Made by a program: the position numbers and the translations under genes. From the IMG/VR virus record IMGVR_UViG_3300009031_000368, positions 64,001 through 128,000 of that record: DNA of 64,000 nucleotides. One strand, written 5' to 3'. The notes under the pieces were generated by a model that was given only the letters and a program-made list of their open reading frames with translations, ran no database searches and was not told the DNA's origin. This stretch comes from a virus. Its lineage: Duplodnaviria > Caudoviricetes. Shown here one piece after another: positions 10,247-19,558 of this stretch (position 1 is the stretch's first letter; each line of letters opens with the position of its first letter).

Positions 10247-10771
10247 TCAGGATTTTATCCTCGCGCCCGTCATGAATGCTTTATGGGTTGGACGGCCATT
10301 AATTTCCGCCAGTCCATCTTTGACAAGAAGCAACTTTGTCATATCGTCAAAGCCGTTCCATACGACGGATACCCATTGTCGATCTTTGTTTGTCGCAAAA
10401 TCTTTATCGGCATTGAATGCAGCCACATACCATCTATACTTCACATCTTCTGAAAGCTTTGTCTTACGTGAATCCCTTACAAAGTCCATAATGGCATCTG
10501 CGGCCATATCCCAATTCCTGGTATTGCTCATCCAATCTGGCGGTGTATTGCCATACCGGGCTGACTTGACAATCACGACTTTTATACCAAACTGTGCGGC
10601 TTGACGTCTCGCGAATTCCAATTCATCATCGGTGGCTGGACCGCCGTAATCGCTAAAGGCTTCCCAATCTGCTGAAAGCTTCATTGCCGGAATTCTAGTC
10701 TCTTGTAAAGGTGCCTGCTCAGCAAGAAAGTCTCGTATTGCCGTTATGTTTTCAATAAAGTCATTGTTCAT
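10247..10771 (-). CDS. Hypothetical protein, candidate internal head protein
   Basis: N-terminus FIENITAIRDFLAEQAPLQET carries the shared motif. Confidence 0.55.
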   Translation of the reverse strand: MNNDFIENITAIRDFLAEQAPLQETRIPAMKLSADWEAFSDYGGPATDDELEFARRQAAQFGIKVVIVKSARYGNTPPDWMSNTRNWDMAADAIMDFVRDSRKTKLSEDVKYRWYVAAFNADKDFATNKDRQWVSVVWNGFDDMTKLLLVKDGLAEINGRPTHKAFMTGARIKS

Positions 10772-10779
10772 AAAACAGT

Positions 10780-11562
10780 TTATACTCTACCACGAATCAA
10801 TGCAACAAGATCTGGTTTTGGAATCCGCACTTCGATTTCACTAAGCCGGATGCCGCGCAGTTCAGCTTCCTTGATCCATCGGCTCTTGCGCCAGTCGTCC
10901 ATATTGTCTGGGAATGGTGTAAATTGAGCTTGAGACGATTCAGAGAATCCAACAACTGGAACCTGTTCCGGCTCATGTATGAAGCCAGTCTTTGATTCAT
11001 TGGTAATGAATTGAACACTATTTGTTGAAGCCGTTGACTCGAATGTCGGGCCAGCCACAAGCGCGGCAACTTCGGCCGGGGACGCAATTGATTGCATATC
11101 TGGTTCACCGCCGATTGTGGCCATAACTGGTGCCGGCATTGAAACTGCTACCGACACTTGCTCGAATGCCTGTTGACCATCAACGTCTGGATTGCCGTCA
11201 ATATCCACCGCCGTATACTTCAAATTGAATATCGATGACTGACCGGTTGATTCGGCAAACTCGTTAGGGGTTTTCTGCACCGTTAACGCGGATCTTCCCG
11301 TTGACACGGTGACGGTTCTATTTCCGCCAACTACACGCTGTGGGACATCGGAAAGTTGAACCTGAACCATCTCACCTTTGCCGTTCTTTGTTAGCTTTAC
11401 CAGGAATCCACTCTTTACCGCTCTGTCCAGAGAACCATCTTCATCATTGCTTTCAACAATATCACTCTTATTGATGAATAGCTTTTCACGTTTTCCGTCA
11501 CGCTTAATGGTAATCCATGTTCCGTTACGCGGGCATTTGGAGCTTAACTTATAATAAAACAT
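10780..11562 (-). CDS. Hypothetical protein with a possible C-terminal helix-extension-helix (Rho-N/SAP-like) motif
   Basis: C-terminus WRKSRWIKEAELRGI...PKPDLVALI. Confidence 0.45.
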   Translation of the reverse strand: MFYYKLSSKCPRNGTWITIKRDGKREKLFINKSDIVESNDEDGSLDRAVKSGFLVKLTKNGKGEMVQVQLSDVPQRVVGGNRTVTVSTGRSALTVQKTPNEFAESTGQSSIFNLKYTAVDIDGNPDVDGQQAFEQVSVAVSMPAPVMATIGGEPDMQSIASPAEVAALVAGPTFESTASTNSVQFITNESKTGFIHEPEQVPVVGFSESSQAQFTPFPDNMDDWRKSRWIKEAELRGIRLSEIEVRIPKPDLVALIRGRV

Positions 11563-11579
11563 TTATTACTCCACCGTTA

Positions 11580-11909
11580 TCAAACAAGCTTTTTAATCGC
11601 AGCAACGGCTTGTTCTGCGGCCAATTGAATTTCCATTGATTGTCTGTCAATACTGGCAAGGATATTTCTCAATGCCTTTTTAGTATCGCGATCGGATCCT
11701 TCAATTTTTTCGTCTAAAGTTTCAATAAAACTATCAAGACTAGCCATGATACCTTTAAACTTAAATACCGCCATACCGACAAGAGCGCCGGCATTCAATT
11801 GAGTTGATTCTTTCATCAAATATCTGTATTGATTTTCATCAATCCGCATACATGCCTCATACAAAAATGGACCAGACGTCCAGCCTGATCCATCTGTTAT
11901 TGATATCAA
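11580..11909 (-). CDS. Hypothetical protein
   Basis: 109-aa ORF directly downstream of the capsid gene. Confidence 0.55.
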   Translation of the reverse strand: MISITDGSGWTSGPFLYEACMRIDENQYRYLMKESTQLNAGALVGMAVFKFKGIMASLDSFIETLDEKIEGSDRDTKKALRNILASIDRQSMEIQLAAEQAVAAIKKLV

Positions 11910-11918
11910 AATGTCTGG

Positions 11919-11950
11919 TCTGACTGTATTGAATCAACGATACAGTCAGA
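11919..11950 (-). terminator. Strong hairpin just downstream of the major capsid stop codon (terminator or mRNA-stabilising stem)
   Basis: TCTGACTGTAT (11919-11929) pairs perfectly with ATACAGTCAGA (11940-11950); only a weak U-tract follows. Confidence 0.6.
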
Positions 11951-11955
11951 ATGTT

Positions 11956-13455
11956 TTACGGCAGGGTGACGTCGATTACGCCATAGAATTCAGGACGCAA
12001 CAGCTTCTTAGCATATCGCATCTTGATTCCCTTACGCGCCGAGAAGTCGTCAGGATCCTCAAGGGTCTGAGTCAGCTTCATCGGAACGTATGGTGCATAC
12101 ACGTAACCTGAGTCCAGGTAACTCTGTCCCTTAAGACCAACCAGGATTGTAGTCTGGTTAGCCATCAGCGGATCGATATATACCATCATTCGGTTAAACA
12201 GTGTACCGACTGCCTGCACGCCGAAATCACTTGACATCGGGCCATAGCTTGGCTGACGAATATGGGTCTGCATACCGTCGCCACCATATGGATTCTGCAC
12301 ATTCTTGGCATAAACCAGCGGTGCAAAGTCACCATGAGTAGTCAGCTGTTGCATATACGCGGCAATCTTTGGCGAAGTAACGATCCAGTTGGCAGGTGCG
12401 CGCATCGAACCAGTATGGATTTGAGCCGACATGGTGCTGATAACGGTCAACAGACCACGGATTCGGTTAATCTCATTCGGATCATCGCCACCACCAAGGT
12501 CATAACTGTCGGTGTATGAAGCATTGCTGATCAGGTCATTGATGATTTCTCGATCAACTTCAAGCGCCATCTGATTACTGAAGATGGCAACCAGTTCCTG
12601 CTCAGCATCCAGTCCATACATGGACTTCATGTCTTCCTGAGCGGTTGAACTCCATCGCGCCCGCATGCGTCGTTCAGTCGCCTTCACAACCTCCATGCTG
12701 ATTTCGATGTTGATCTCAGGAACCTGATCGTTCATTTCATTGTTGTACCAATAGACGGCAACAATGGTTGCACCATCGGCTGGCGCATCGGTGAACTTCA
12801 GGTTACTGACTCGTCCAGTCGTATAGTTGACGGTTCCGGTACCGGCTCCACCGAATGAGCCAGAACCATCGTCGACAACAACCTGAGTAGAATCATCCGG
12901 GTTGGTTGCCGTAATGGTAACGCTGATACCATTGGTGCTATCCAGTGGTCGCACCGGCTTCCAATTGAGTGTCGCATTCAGTCCTAGACCAGCTCCACCG
13001 TAATTGGTACCATCACCTGTTCCGACTGACTCTTCATCAATCTTTTCAGACGAATAGTTGGCACTGAAGGTCTGGATAACCTTATCGCCAGCAGTAATGG
13101 AACCCTTGGTGGTCGCATACTTGGCTTCGTAATAGAACACGGCGCCGTATGGGCCAGTCATCGGCTGAATTGACACCAATTCGTTAGCAATCAGGTTGGG
13201 GAAAATTCGCCTAATGGCCGGGAACAGATACTTGGTATAGGTAGCAATATTGCCAGTCAAAGTATCTTCATTCAGTGCGCCACGCACGAAGTTATACTGA
13301 TTGTTTAACAGAATGGCGGTTGCATTCCGCTTGTGTGGATCCTTAATGTTGCCAACCAGTGGTGCCCAGTTGCGCACAACCCTATTGACCCAACTATCAT
13401 CCTGAATTGTCCCGCGCACATCTTCCTGCATGGGCTTTCGATTTCTTGCTTGCAT
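11956..13455 (-). CDS. Major capsid protein (T4 gp23-like, HK97 fold) with an inserted beta-rich domain
   Basis: NWAPLV...AILLNNQ, LFPAIRRIFPNLIANELVSIQPMTGPYGAVFY, RRMRARWS, GLKGQSYLDSGYVYAPYVP, KGIKMRY motifs. Confidence 0.95.
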   Translation of the reverse strand: MQARNRKPMQEDVRGTIQDDSWVNRVVRNWAPLVGNIKDPHKRNATAILLNNQYNFVRGALNEDTLTGNIATYTKYLFPAIRRIFPNLIANELVSIQPMTGPYGAVFYYEAKYATTKGSITAGDKVIQTFSANYSSEKIDEESVGTGDGTNYGGAGLGLNATLNWKPVRPLDSTNGISVTITATNPDDSTQVVVDDGSGSFGGAGTGTVNYTTGRVSNLKFTDAPADGATIVAVYWYNNEMNDQVPEINIEISMEVVKATERRMRARWSSTAQEDMKSMYGLDAEQELVAIFSNQMALEVDREIINDLISNASYTDSYDLGGGDDPNEINRIRGLLTVISTMSAQIHTGSMRAPANWIVTSPKIAAYMQQLTTHGDFAPLVYAKNVQNPYGGDGMQTHIRQPSYGPMSSDFGVQAVGTLFNRMMVYIDPLMANQTTILVGLKGQSYLDSGYVYAPYVPMKLTQTLEDPDDFSARKGIKMRYAKKLLRPEFYGVIDVTLP

Positions 13456-13474
13456 CTATAAACTTCCTTTCAAA

Positions 13475-16400
13475 TTAATCGTCAAGCCGGTCTGGAAATT
13501 GGACCGGATATGCACCTTTTCCGCCCGATTGTGCTATTAGCTCATCTAGCGGTGTTGATGTTGACTCTGTAAAACTTCTTCTTCCAAATGTGTCTTCTTC
13601 GACACTTCTTTCGTATCCTCTTCGCACACGCTCCCGCGCCTTCTCGGCCGCATACGGATCGTGTCTTGCATTTGAACTTTCTGCTAGAATTCTATCTATT
13701 TTTGATGAAGGTGCGCGTTCGCCGATAAGAGATGTTAATTTTTTACCATTTTTCATCTTATTGACGATTTCTGTTGCCCGGTTGGCACGCTCTTCAAGGA
13801 TTTCAACAGCACTCACATACTTTTGAAGTTCCCTTTCATACTGCTCCTTCATCTTTTCACTATTTTCCTTCAAAGCCTTAAGTCGTGAACCATACTTGCC
13901 TGATTCAATCTTTGCGCGTTCATGTTCTGCCGTCAATGCATTGATTCGGTCTTTTGATTCCGACAACAACTGCCTGGTTTCTGTAACTTCACCAGATAGT
14001 TTTAATGCTCTCGCCTCAGATTCAGTCAACCGCTTAACTTCGGCATTAAGACGATTCAATTCAATCTTTGAATCCCTTAAACAATCCTTACTGGCATCAA
14101 CGGTTGTCCTGGCTTCAGCCAATTCAGATCTAATGTTGGCAATATACTGGTCCTTGGCATCTACCAGTTTGGCCGTTTGGATTTCCACTTCCTTGAGGCG
14201 CTTAAGCTCACTGGATGATTCGGTCAGTAAATCCTTTAGACCTTGAACGCTTGCCGCAACTTCCGATACTTCGGCAAATTCGGCCTTCAACTGTTGGAAT
14301 CCTTCCAGCTGTGTCTTTGCCTTTTGAAGAATTCCACGAAGCTTTTCAACCTCTTCCGCCTTGGCTGATAACGATTCAATTTGATGCTTCAGTTCAATGT
14401 TCTCAACCGCAGCCGTATCGACAGGAATCTTGCCGATTTCCTTTGCCAGACGTTCTGCCAGTTCGTCAATCTCCGGTAATTGCATCGTATTAGTTACGCT
14501 TCCGGCAATTAAATCAACCATCGTGTCCTTGTTTTCATACATTGAAAACTTTTGAGCCAGATGATACTTGATGACTGCCCGTCGTCCAAATTCAACCGAT
14601 TCTGCCAGCTGATTCTTTGCGTCAGCCAGTTCGCATTCAATCCTGGCACCATTCTGCTGTTCACGCTTTACGCTGTTTTCCAAATCCTTAATGTATTCGT
14701 TGGAATCCTCTGAAAAGATGAATGGTCTGATCAGCTTAACGATACCTTCAATGGCCCGCTTAGCGCCAGCAACCGATGGATCTTCCAACATCGATTCACG
14801 CAGGTTGTCGGTCAGCTCATCCTTTGCCGCAACGACATCTTCAATCAATCGCCTGGCATAGATTTCCTTTATTCGCGACGTCTCGGTCCTTATCGCATTA
14901 CTGACCGCTTCCTCAACATCTGATTTGGAATACTGCTTATCGGTTACCGTTTGTTGAGTCGTTTCCAATAGGAACTTGTTGGCTTCCGGAATCGCGCGCT
15001 CAATCTCTTCAGAAATCGTTTTACCAATACGTTTCCTTACTTCCTCAACTGATGAACCGGCGATGCGCTCACTTTCAGCAAAAACATCCGGGTAAGCGGT
15101 TTTTGTGGCTGGATCGTAAACGACATCGAAGGTCATTAACCTGTAATCGTCACCAACAGATTCCGTTCCATCCTCAAGCTTGGTGGTAGATCCGTAACCG
15201 CGTGAACTGATACCAGGGTCTATGCCGGCTTCAATTAATCCAGTCAGAATCTTACCGGTTGGTGTTGGCAGAATTTCAGCTTCGCCGATGATTTCATTGC
15301 CTTCAATTCTTAAATCAGTGATGACGTGACTGACACGCTGAAGCCTTGTTTGCCCATCGCTGTTACCGGTCCAAAACGTATGGCCGTTTTGCTCCATGTA
15401 GAAGTTACCGTGATCAACCGATAGACAATAGATGCGACCAGCATGGTGCTCTTCTTCAATCTTCATGAATCTCTGATCAAGCCAAATGTGCTTGGAATTC
15501 GAGAAGTGCAACTGGTAAAGTGGCACCTTATTTTCTGCTTTGATGATCCTACCGGCGAATTCGTAATCACCATCAGGTTCAATGACAGAAATGCTACCAG
15601 CACGCCCAGTCTTAATCAAACACTCATGAAGGTCTTTTATAAGCTGCTCAGATACAGTGAAGACATCGTTCCTGATATTGGTGACATTTCCATGTCGTAC
15701 CGACTCAGCCTTCACTTCCTTAAACGTCTTTCCCGAATCTCTCCATTCACCATTAACCGTATGGTCATCGGTTCTGCTGTCAACAATTCTGCCATCACCG
15801 ATGGAAAACCAAAACAGCAATTCAGATAATGGACCCGGGCCTAGATTTTTGATCTCTGACGGAATATACTTATTGTAGCAGTCGCCAAGCGGCTTCAGAT
15901 AGTTGTAAAGCCTTGCGTCGTATGTCATATAACCGTCAGCATACTTACTCCATTGAATCTCAGGCGACATCTTGCTTAAGACTTCATCATAAATATACTT
16001 GGTTGACCATTCATTCTTTTGGCAAACAAACACAGCATATCCGCTATGGTTTTCCGACCTGCAACATCCTTCCGCGAGATAAATACCCATAAATGCTGCA
16101 AACACGTTTGCATCTATTACAAGGTCTTTTGACGCATCAGTTTTTGTTCCACGTAGTCCCTGTATGGCAGGCAACGTAAATGTTTTCGGTGATTCTGGAT
16201 TCCATTGAGCAGTTTTCGGAATTGCGGAATGACCATATGAAGCCCTGTTTGTAAAGATGGTTTCAGAAGTAACATACTCCTCAAACTCTCTCTTTTCACC
16301 AGGTCGTGTAACAAGAAGATTCCTGTGACCGGGAGTAAAAGTAGAATCGATACTCCTACCTTTAAAATGGTACACCGGTCCATCGTATGGCTCGTCGATG

Positions 16401-16801
16401 ATGGCATTCACGGTAGAGAGAACGGCTTTGCCATTTTTGCGGGACCAAGCCTTTTCACCTACGCCGATATCCCTGAACTTTTTCCACCCACTTTCAGTAA
16501 GTACTTGAAATTGTTCACTTTTCAGACAAGGATGGTCAAGTTCCCCCAGCAATTTCCTACCTTGCATTTTCTCTTCAAGTCGCTCCAATTCGCGCTTCCA
16601 GAGTGGTAACTCATATCGGCGATTGTTTTCGGTCGGCACACCGGCCAATGCGAACAATCCGCGCAGGTAGAGCTTCCTGTTACCATTGGCGGTAGCTTCA
16701 CCAAGCTCTGATTTGAATTTAAACGGAACAGTATCTATAAGAAGTCGTGGCTTTGTCATATTAATTTCCATATTTTTGCGCAAAATGTAACCTACAATCA
16801 C
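13475..16801 (-). CDS. Prohead core protease (T4 gp21-like) containing an intein, fused to a long coiled-coil scaffold-like region (likely start ATG 16759)
   Basis: GELDHP, VSHVITDL, ILPTPTGKIL, GISSRGYGS and FDVVYDPAT gp21 motifs; about 500 aa of coiled-coil at the C-terminus. Confidence 0.9.
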   Translation of the reverse strand: MIVGYILRKNMEINMTKPRLLIDTVPFKFKSELGEATANGNRKLYLRGLFALAGVPTENNRRYELPLWKRELERLEEKMQGRKLLGELDHPCLKSEQFQVLTESGWKKFRDIGVGEKAWSRKNGKAVLSTVNAIIDEPYDGPVYHFKGRSIDSTFTPGHRNLLVTRPGEKREFEEYVTSETIFTNRASYGHSAIPKTAQWNPESPKTFTLPAIQGLRGTKTDASKDLVIDANVFAAFMGIYLAEGCCRSENHSGYAVFVCQKNEWSTKYIYDEVLSKMSPEIQWSKYADGYMTYDARLYNYLKPLGDCYNKYIPSEIKNLGPGPLSELLFWFSIGDGRIVDSRTDDHTVNGEWRDSGKTFKEVKAESVRHGNVTNIRNDVFTVSEQLIKDLHECLIKTGRAGSISVIEPDGDYEFAGRIIKAENKVPLYQLHFSNSKHIWLDQRFMKIEEEHHAGRIYCLSVDHGNFYMEQNGHTFWTGNSDGQTRLQRVSHVITDLRIEGNEIIGEAEILPTPTGKILTGLIEAGIDPGISSRGYGSTTKLEDGTESVGDDYRLMTFDVVYDPATKTAYPDVFAESERIAGSSVEEVRKRIGKTISEEIERAIPEANKFLLETTQQTVTDKQYSKSDVEEAVSNAIRTETSRIKEIYARRLIEDVVAAKDELTDNLRESMLEDPSVAGAKRAIEGIVKLIRPFIFSEDSNEYIKDLENSVKREQQNGARIECELADAKNQLAESVEFGRRAVIKYHLAQKFSMYENKDTMVDLIAGSVTNTMQLPEIDELAERLAKEIGKIPVDTAAVENIELKHQIESLSAKAEEVEKLRGILQKAKTQLEGFQQLKAEFAEVSEVAASVQGLKDLLTESSSELKRLKEVEIQTAKLVDAKDQYIANIRSELAEARTTVDASKDCLRDSKIELNRLNAEVKRLTESEARALKLSGEVTETRQLLSESKDRINALTAEHERAKIESGKYGSRLKALKENSEKMKEQYERELQKYVSAVEILEERANRATEIVNKMKNGKKLTSLIGERAPSSKIDRILAESSNARHDPYAAEKARERVRRGYERSVEEDTFGRRSFTESTSTPLDELIAQSGGKGAYPVQFPDRLDD
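15362..16528 (-). mobile_element. Intein (389 aa) with a LAGLIDADG-type homing endonuclease, inside the prohead protease
   Basis: Begins CLKSEQFQVLTESGWK right after ELDHP; ends YCLSVDHGNFYMEQNGHTFWTGN followed by Ser; FMGIYLAEG and WFSIGDG helices. Confidence 0.92.
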
Positions 16802-16818
16802 GCACTACATCTAACGAT

Positions 16819-17224
16819 CTATTTTGTTCTACCATGTTTGGATGTAGAGATATCGGAGTGCTTATACCATCCTTCATTTTCTTCGTCATCTGATGATCGA
16901 TAGTAAACACTCGCCTTTTTAGTATTGGCTTCAAGTTTTGCTAGTCCATTCTCAATCGCCTTATTGATATCATCTATTACAGACTCCAAATTAGCCCACA
17001 TATTAACTGCAAATGCACGTTCAGCTTTTCCTTTTGGTAAATCAGCAACCTTCAATCCCATAGTCTTGTGAAACGACTCCATGTTGGCAAGCGGCAAGCA
17101 GTCCACGAAATTTAAAGTTTGCCATTGCATATATCTGCTTATCAGATATTGGCTTCTTTTTCTTTGTATCTGCTGCTTCTTGCAATTCATACAAGAGATC
17201 ATCGCGTTTGATGCTAGCGCTCAT
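16819..17224 (-). pseudogene. Paralog of 17250..17537 interrupted by a 7-bp tandem duplication
   Basis: GGCAAGC is repeated at 17086-17092 and 17093-17099; deleting one copy joins MANFKFRGLLA to NMESFHKTMGLKV, matching the paralog MSNFKLKGILANLDKFHQKMSTKV. Confidence 0.8.
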
Positions 17225-17249
17225 ACGATTACCACTTCATCCATTTGGA

Positions 17250-17537
17250 CTATGATTTTAGATTTGATTCCATCTCTTTAAGTCCTTTTGAAATTACATC
17301 GTGTAGTTCGTCAAGGATATCCTTTAGAGTGTAAGACATTTTTCCCCTTCTAACCTTTGTGCTCATTTTTTGGTGAAATTTATCAAGGTTTGCGAGTATG
17401 CCTTTTAATTTAAAGTTTGACATCGCATAGATCTGTCCGTCTGAAATTGGTTTATTTCCAGATTCAGCTTCATAAATACTGTGCGACAGAATGTCCTCGA
17501 GATTTCTAAAGTTCATGCTATTTACCACTTCATCCAT
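17250..17537 (-). CDS. Small head-region protein (likely start at MNFRNLED)
   Basis: IYEAESGNKPISDGQIYAMSNF, paralogous to the downstream gene. Confidence 0.7.
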   Translation of the reverse strand: MDEVVNSMNFRNLEDILSHSIYEAESGNKPISDGQIYAMSNFKLKGILANLDKFHQKMSTKVRRGKMSYTLKDILDELHDVISKGLKEMESNLKS

Positions 17538-17703
17538 TTTGTCTTTGATGCAAAACTGGTACCGGCCAACGTTCTAGGTTTCTTTTTAACCTTTCGGTTA
17601 GTCTTATTGTCACGCCAGTACGGTTTCATCCATCTATAGAAGCCAATCTTTTCAAGGCGGCCAGATCTGTAATGTGTTCTGGCTCGCCTTGGTGCTTCGT
17701 TGA

Positions 17704-18627
17704 TTAAAAACCCACCTTTGTTTCATACTCCCTAACGGCTTCCGTTACGGCGTGCAATCGCTTGCGTAGAATCCGACGAAGTGACTCATGATCAGCTTCG
17801 CTCTCCGAAAGAGTATCGGTCGCATTGGCGACATCAATCAAACTATCGGCAATTTCAGATTCACCGATGGCATCGTATCGCTTAGCCATAAGCTCCGCAA
17901 TATCGGCAATCAGTCGGCAACTGATATCAAACTTAGATTCAGTCTCAGTATTCTCATTTGCAATAACACTATCGATTCGATCAATTAGATCGTCAGAGTC
18001 ATATCGTCCCATATCGTCACCGTCCTCCACTGATTCTCCATAACTGTATTCATCACCAAAATCACCATCTGATTCGACATCACCTACTGGCTCTTCCAGC
18101 ATTTCCATCGCAATGTCATAAACCTCTTCGGCCGACATATCATCGAGTCCGAATTCATCGGCAATAAAACCAATAAGCTCTTCGTCTGAAGCACCAGCAT
18201 CAAGCAACGACAGGAAGTCATCATCATCGGCCAATTCACCGGCTACGTCTTCAACGCTGAATGATTCATCGTCAACATCATCCATCATTCCCATGTCGCC
18301 CATATCGTCTGATTCGCCGAATTCGTAAAACTCTTCATCCTCATCATCAAAACCTTTGAAGTTAAGAGATGTGTCATCATCACCAAGGATGTCGGTATCG
18401 GGATCCACGTCGCCATAAGGCTCAACGTAATCATCGGCGAATTCCTCATCGATTGGTGCAATTCTTGACAGATTGGTATCCTGATTCATCGGGCCAACTC
18501 CAAGCGCATTAATTGGTGCCAACACGCCAGACATTTCCAGCATTGTGTCAACATTCGCCCCAAGCTCTTTTAATTCTCGAAGCGGGTTTCCATTCTCGTT
18601 CAACATTCCATAAAACATTTCAGCCAT
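17704..18627 (-). CDS. Highly acidic protein, probable prohead core/scaffold component
   Basis: 307 aa, very D/E-rich, between portal and protease like T4 core genes. Confidence 0.6.
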   Translation of the reverse strand: MAEMFYGMLNENGNPLRELKELGANVDTMLEMSGVLAPINALGVGPMNQDTNLSRIAPIDEEFADDYVEPYGDVDPDTDILGDDDTSLNFKGFDDEDEEFYEFGESDDMGDMGMMDDVDDESFSVEDVAGELADDDDFLSLLDAGASDEELIGFIADEFGLDDMSAEEVYDIAMEMLEEPVGDVESDGDFGDEYSYGESVEDGDDMGRYDSDDLIDRIDSVIANENTETESKFDISCRLIADIAELMAKRYDAIGESEIADSLIDVANATDTLSESEADHESLRRILRKRLHAVTEAVREYETKVGF

Positions 18628-18639
18628 TGTTACTTTCCT

Positions 18640-19503
18640 CTAACTATTGTTTGCAATCCTTTTGATAAACTCTCCACAAAAGTCTGCCGCATTAACGTGT
18701 CCGGCAATGCCATCATGCAATTTACACAGCTCTGATGTCTCGCATACCGTCGAATCAAGCTTGAGCTTTTGTGAAACCGTTTTAACCACATCTTTGCTAA
18801 AACTTGTTACACCATTAAACATATTGACGAATTCTTGTCTCGTCATCAAAATATCATCTGGAAGTTTGACATCATCTACCTGGATATCTTTTATGCCGTC
18901 GATGACGCCTTCCAGTCTTAACATTATATTATGCAAAGCAACAATGACGTTATCTCTAATTGTTTCATCAGATGATTCGTAATATTTTTGAAACCGCGCC
19001 TTAATGGCTCTATCACGCAAGCCGGATAGCGTTCCATATAGCGCCTTTCTCATTGGAACATTCTTTTCCTCATGAATCCTGACGAATTCTGCTTCAGACA
19101 TCAGTGTCCCAATTCTATTGGAAATCAATTCAGATGCTTCGGCATGGTAAGACTGAATGATGGGAAATAATTCGGTAAGCCCTTTACGGAACGAATCAAG
19201 ATCGCCGACAATCAAACGCTCAACCAGTCTTCTAGACTGTTCGATCAATACGATGGCTTCATCTATTTCGTCAAGCATTTCAAGGTTGAGTTCAAGCTCT
19301 TCGCCGATCGTTAAACCGTCGTATTGGAACTTATGGAAACTGCCATCAGCGTATAAGACTACGACATGGTCTTCATATAGTGAAAACAGTTGAGCCGTCT
19401 CACCAAAATTTCCAGTCACGCAATCAATTGCACGTTCTATCTTGTCCTGGTAACTGTTTTCAACAATCCGTTTTAGCGAATCCAACCTGATCGACTTGCC
19501 CAT
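18640..19503 (-). CDS. Hypothetical head-module protein
   Basis: 287-aa helical ORF directly downstream of the portal. Confidence 0.6.
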   Translation of the reverse strand: MGKSIRLDSLKRIVENSYQDKIERAIDCVTGNFGETAQLFSLYEDHVVVLYADGSFHKFQYDGLTIGEELELNLEMLDEIDEAIVLIEQSRRLVERLIVGDLDSFRKGLTELFPIIQSYHAEASELISNRIGTLMSEAEFVRIHEEKNVPMRKALYGTLSGLRDRAIKARFQKYYESSDETIRDNVIVALHNIMLRLEGVIDGIKDIQVDDVKLPDDILMTRQEFVNMFNGVTSFSKDVVKTVSQKLKLDSTVCETSELCKLHDGIAGHVNAADFCGEFIKRIANNS

Positions 19504-19558
19504 TTTATATCCCTTTAATGTTTCATCTAAGCTAAGACTATTGATATGTGTGCCTATG

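Noticed and set aside
16774-16785. Palindrome TTTTGCGCAAAA upstream of the protease
   Set aside because: Single occurrence seen, with no supporting promoter context.
17229-17252. TAG readthrough or recoding (in-frame SKWMKW* follows the TAG of 17250..17537)
   Set aside because: Long conserved genes translate intact with the standard code; the tail is explained by the duplicated 18-bp upstream segment.
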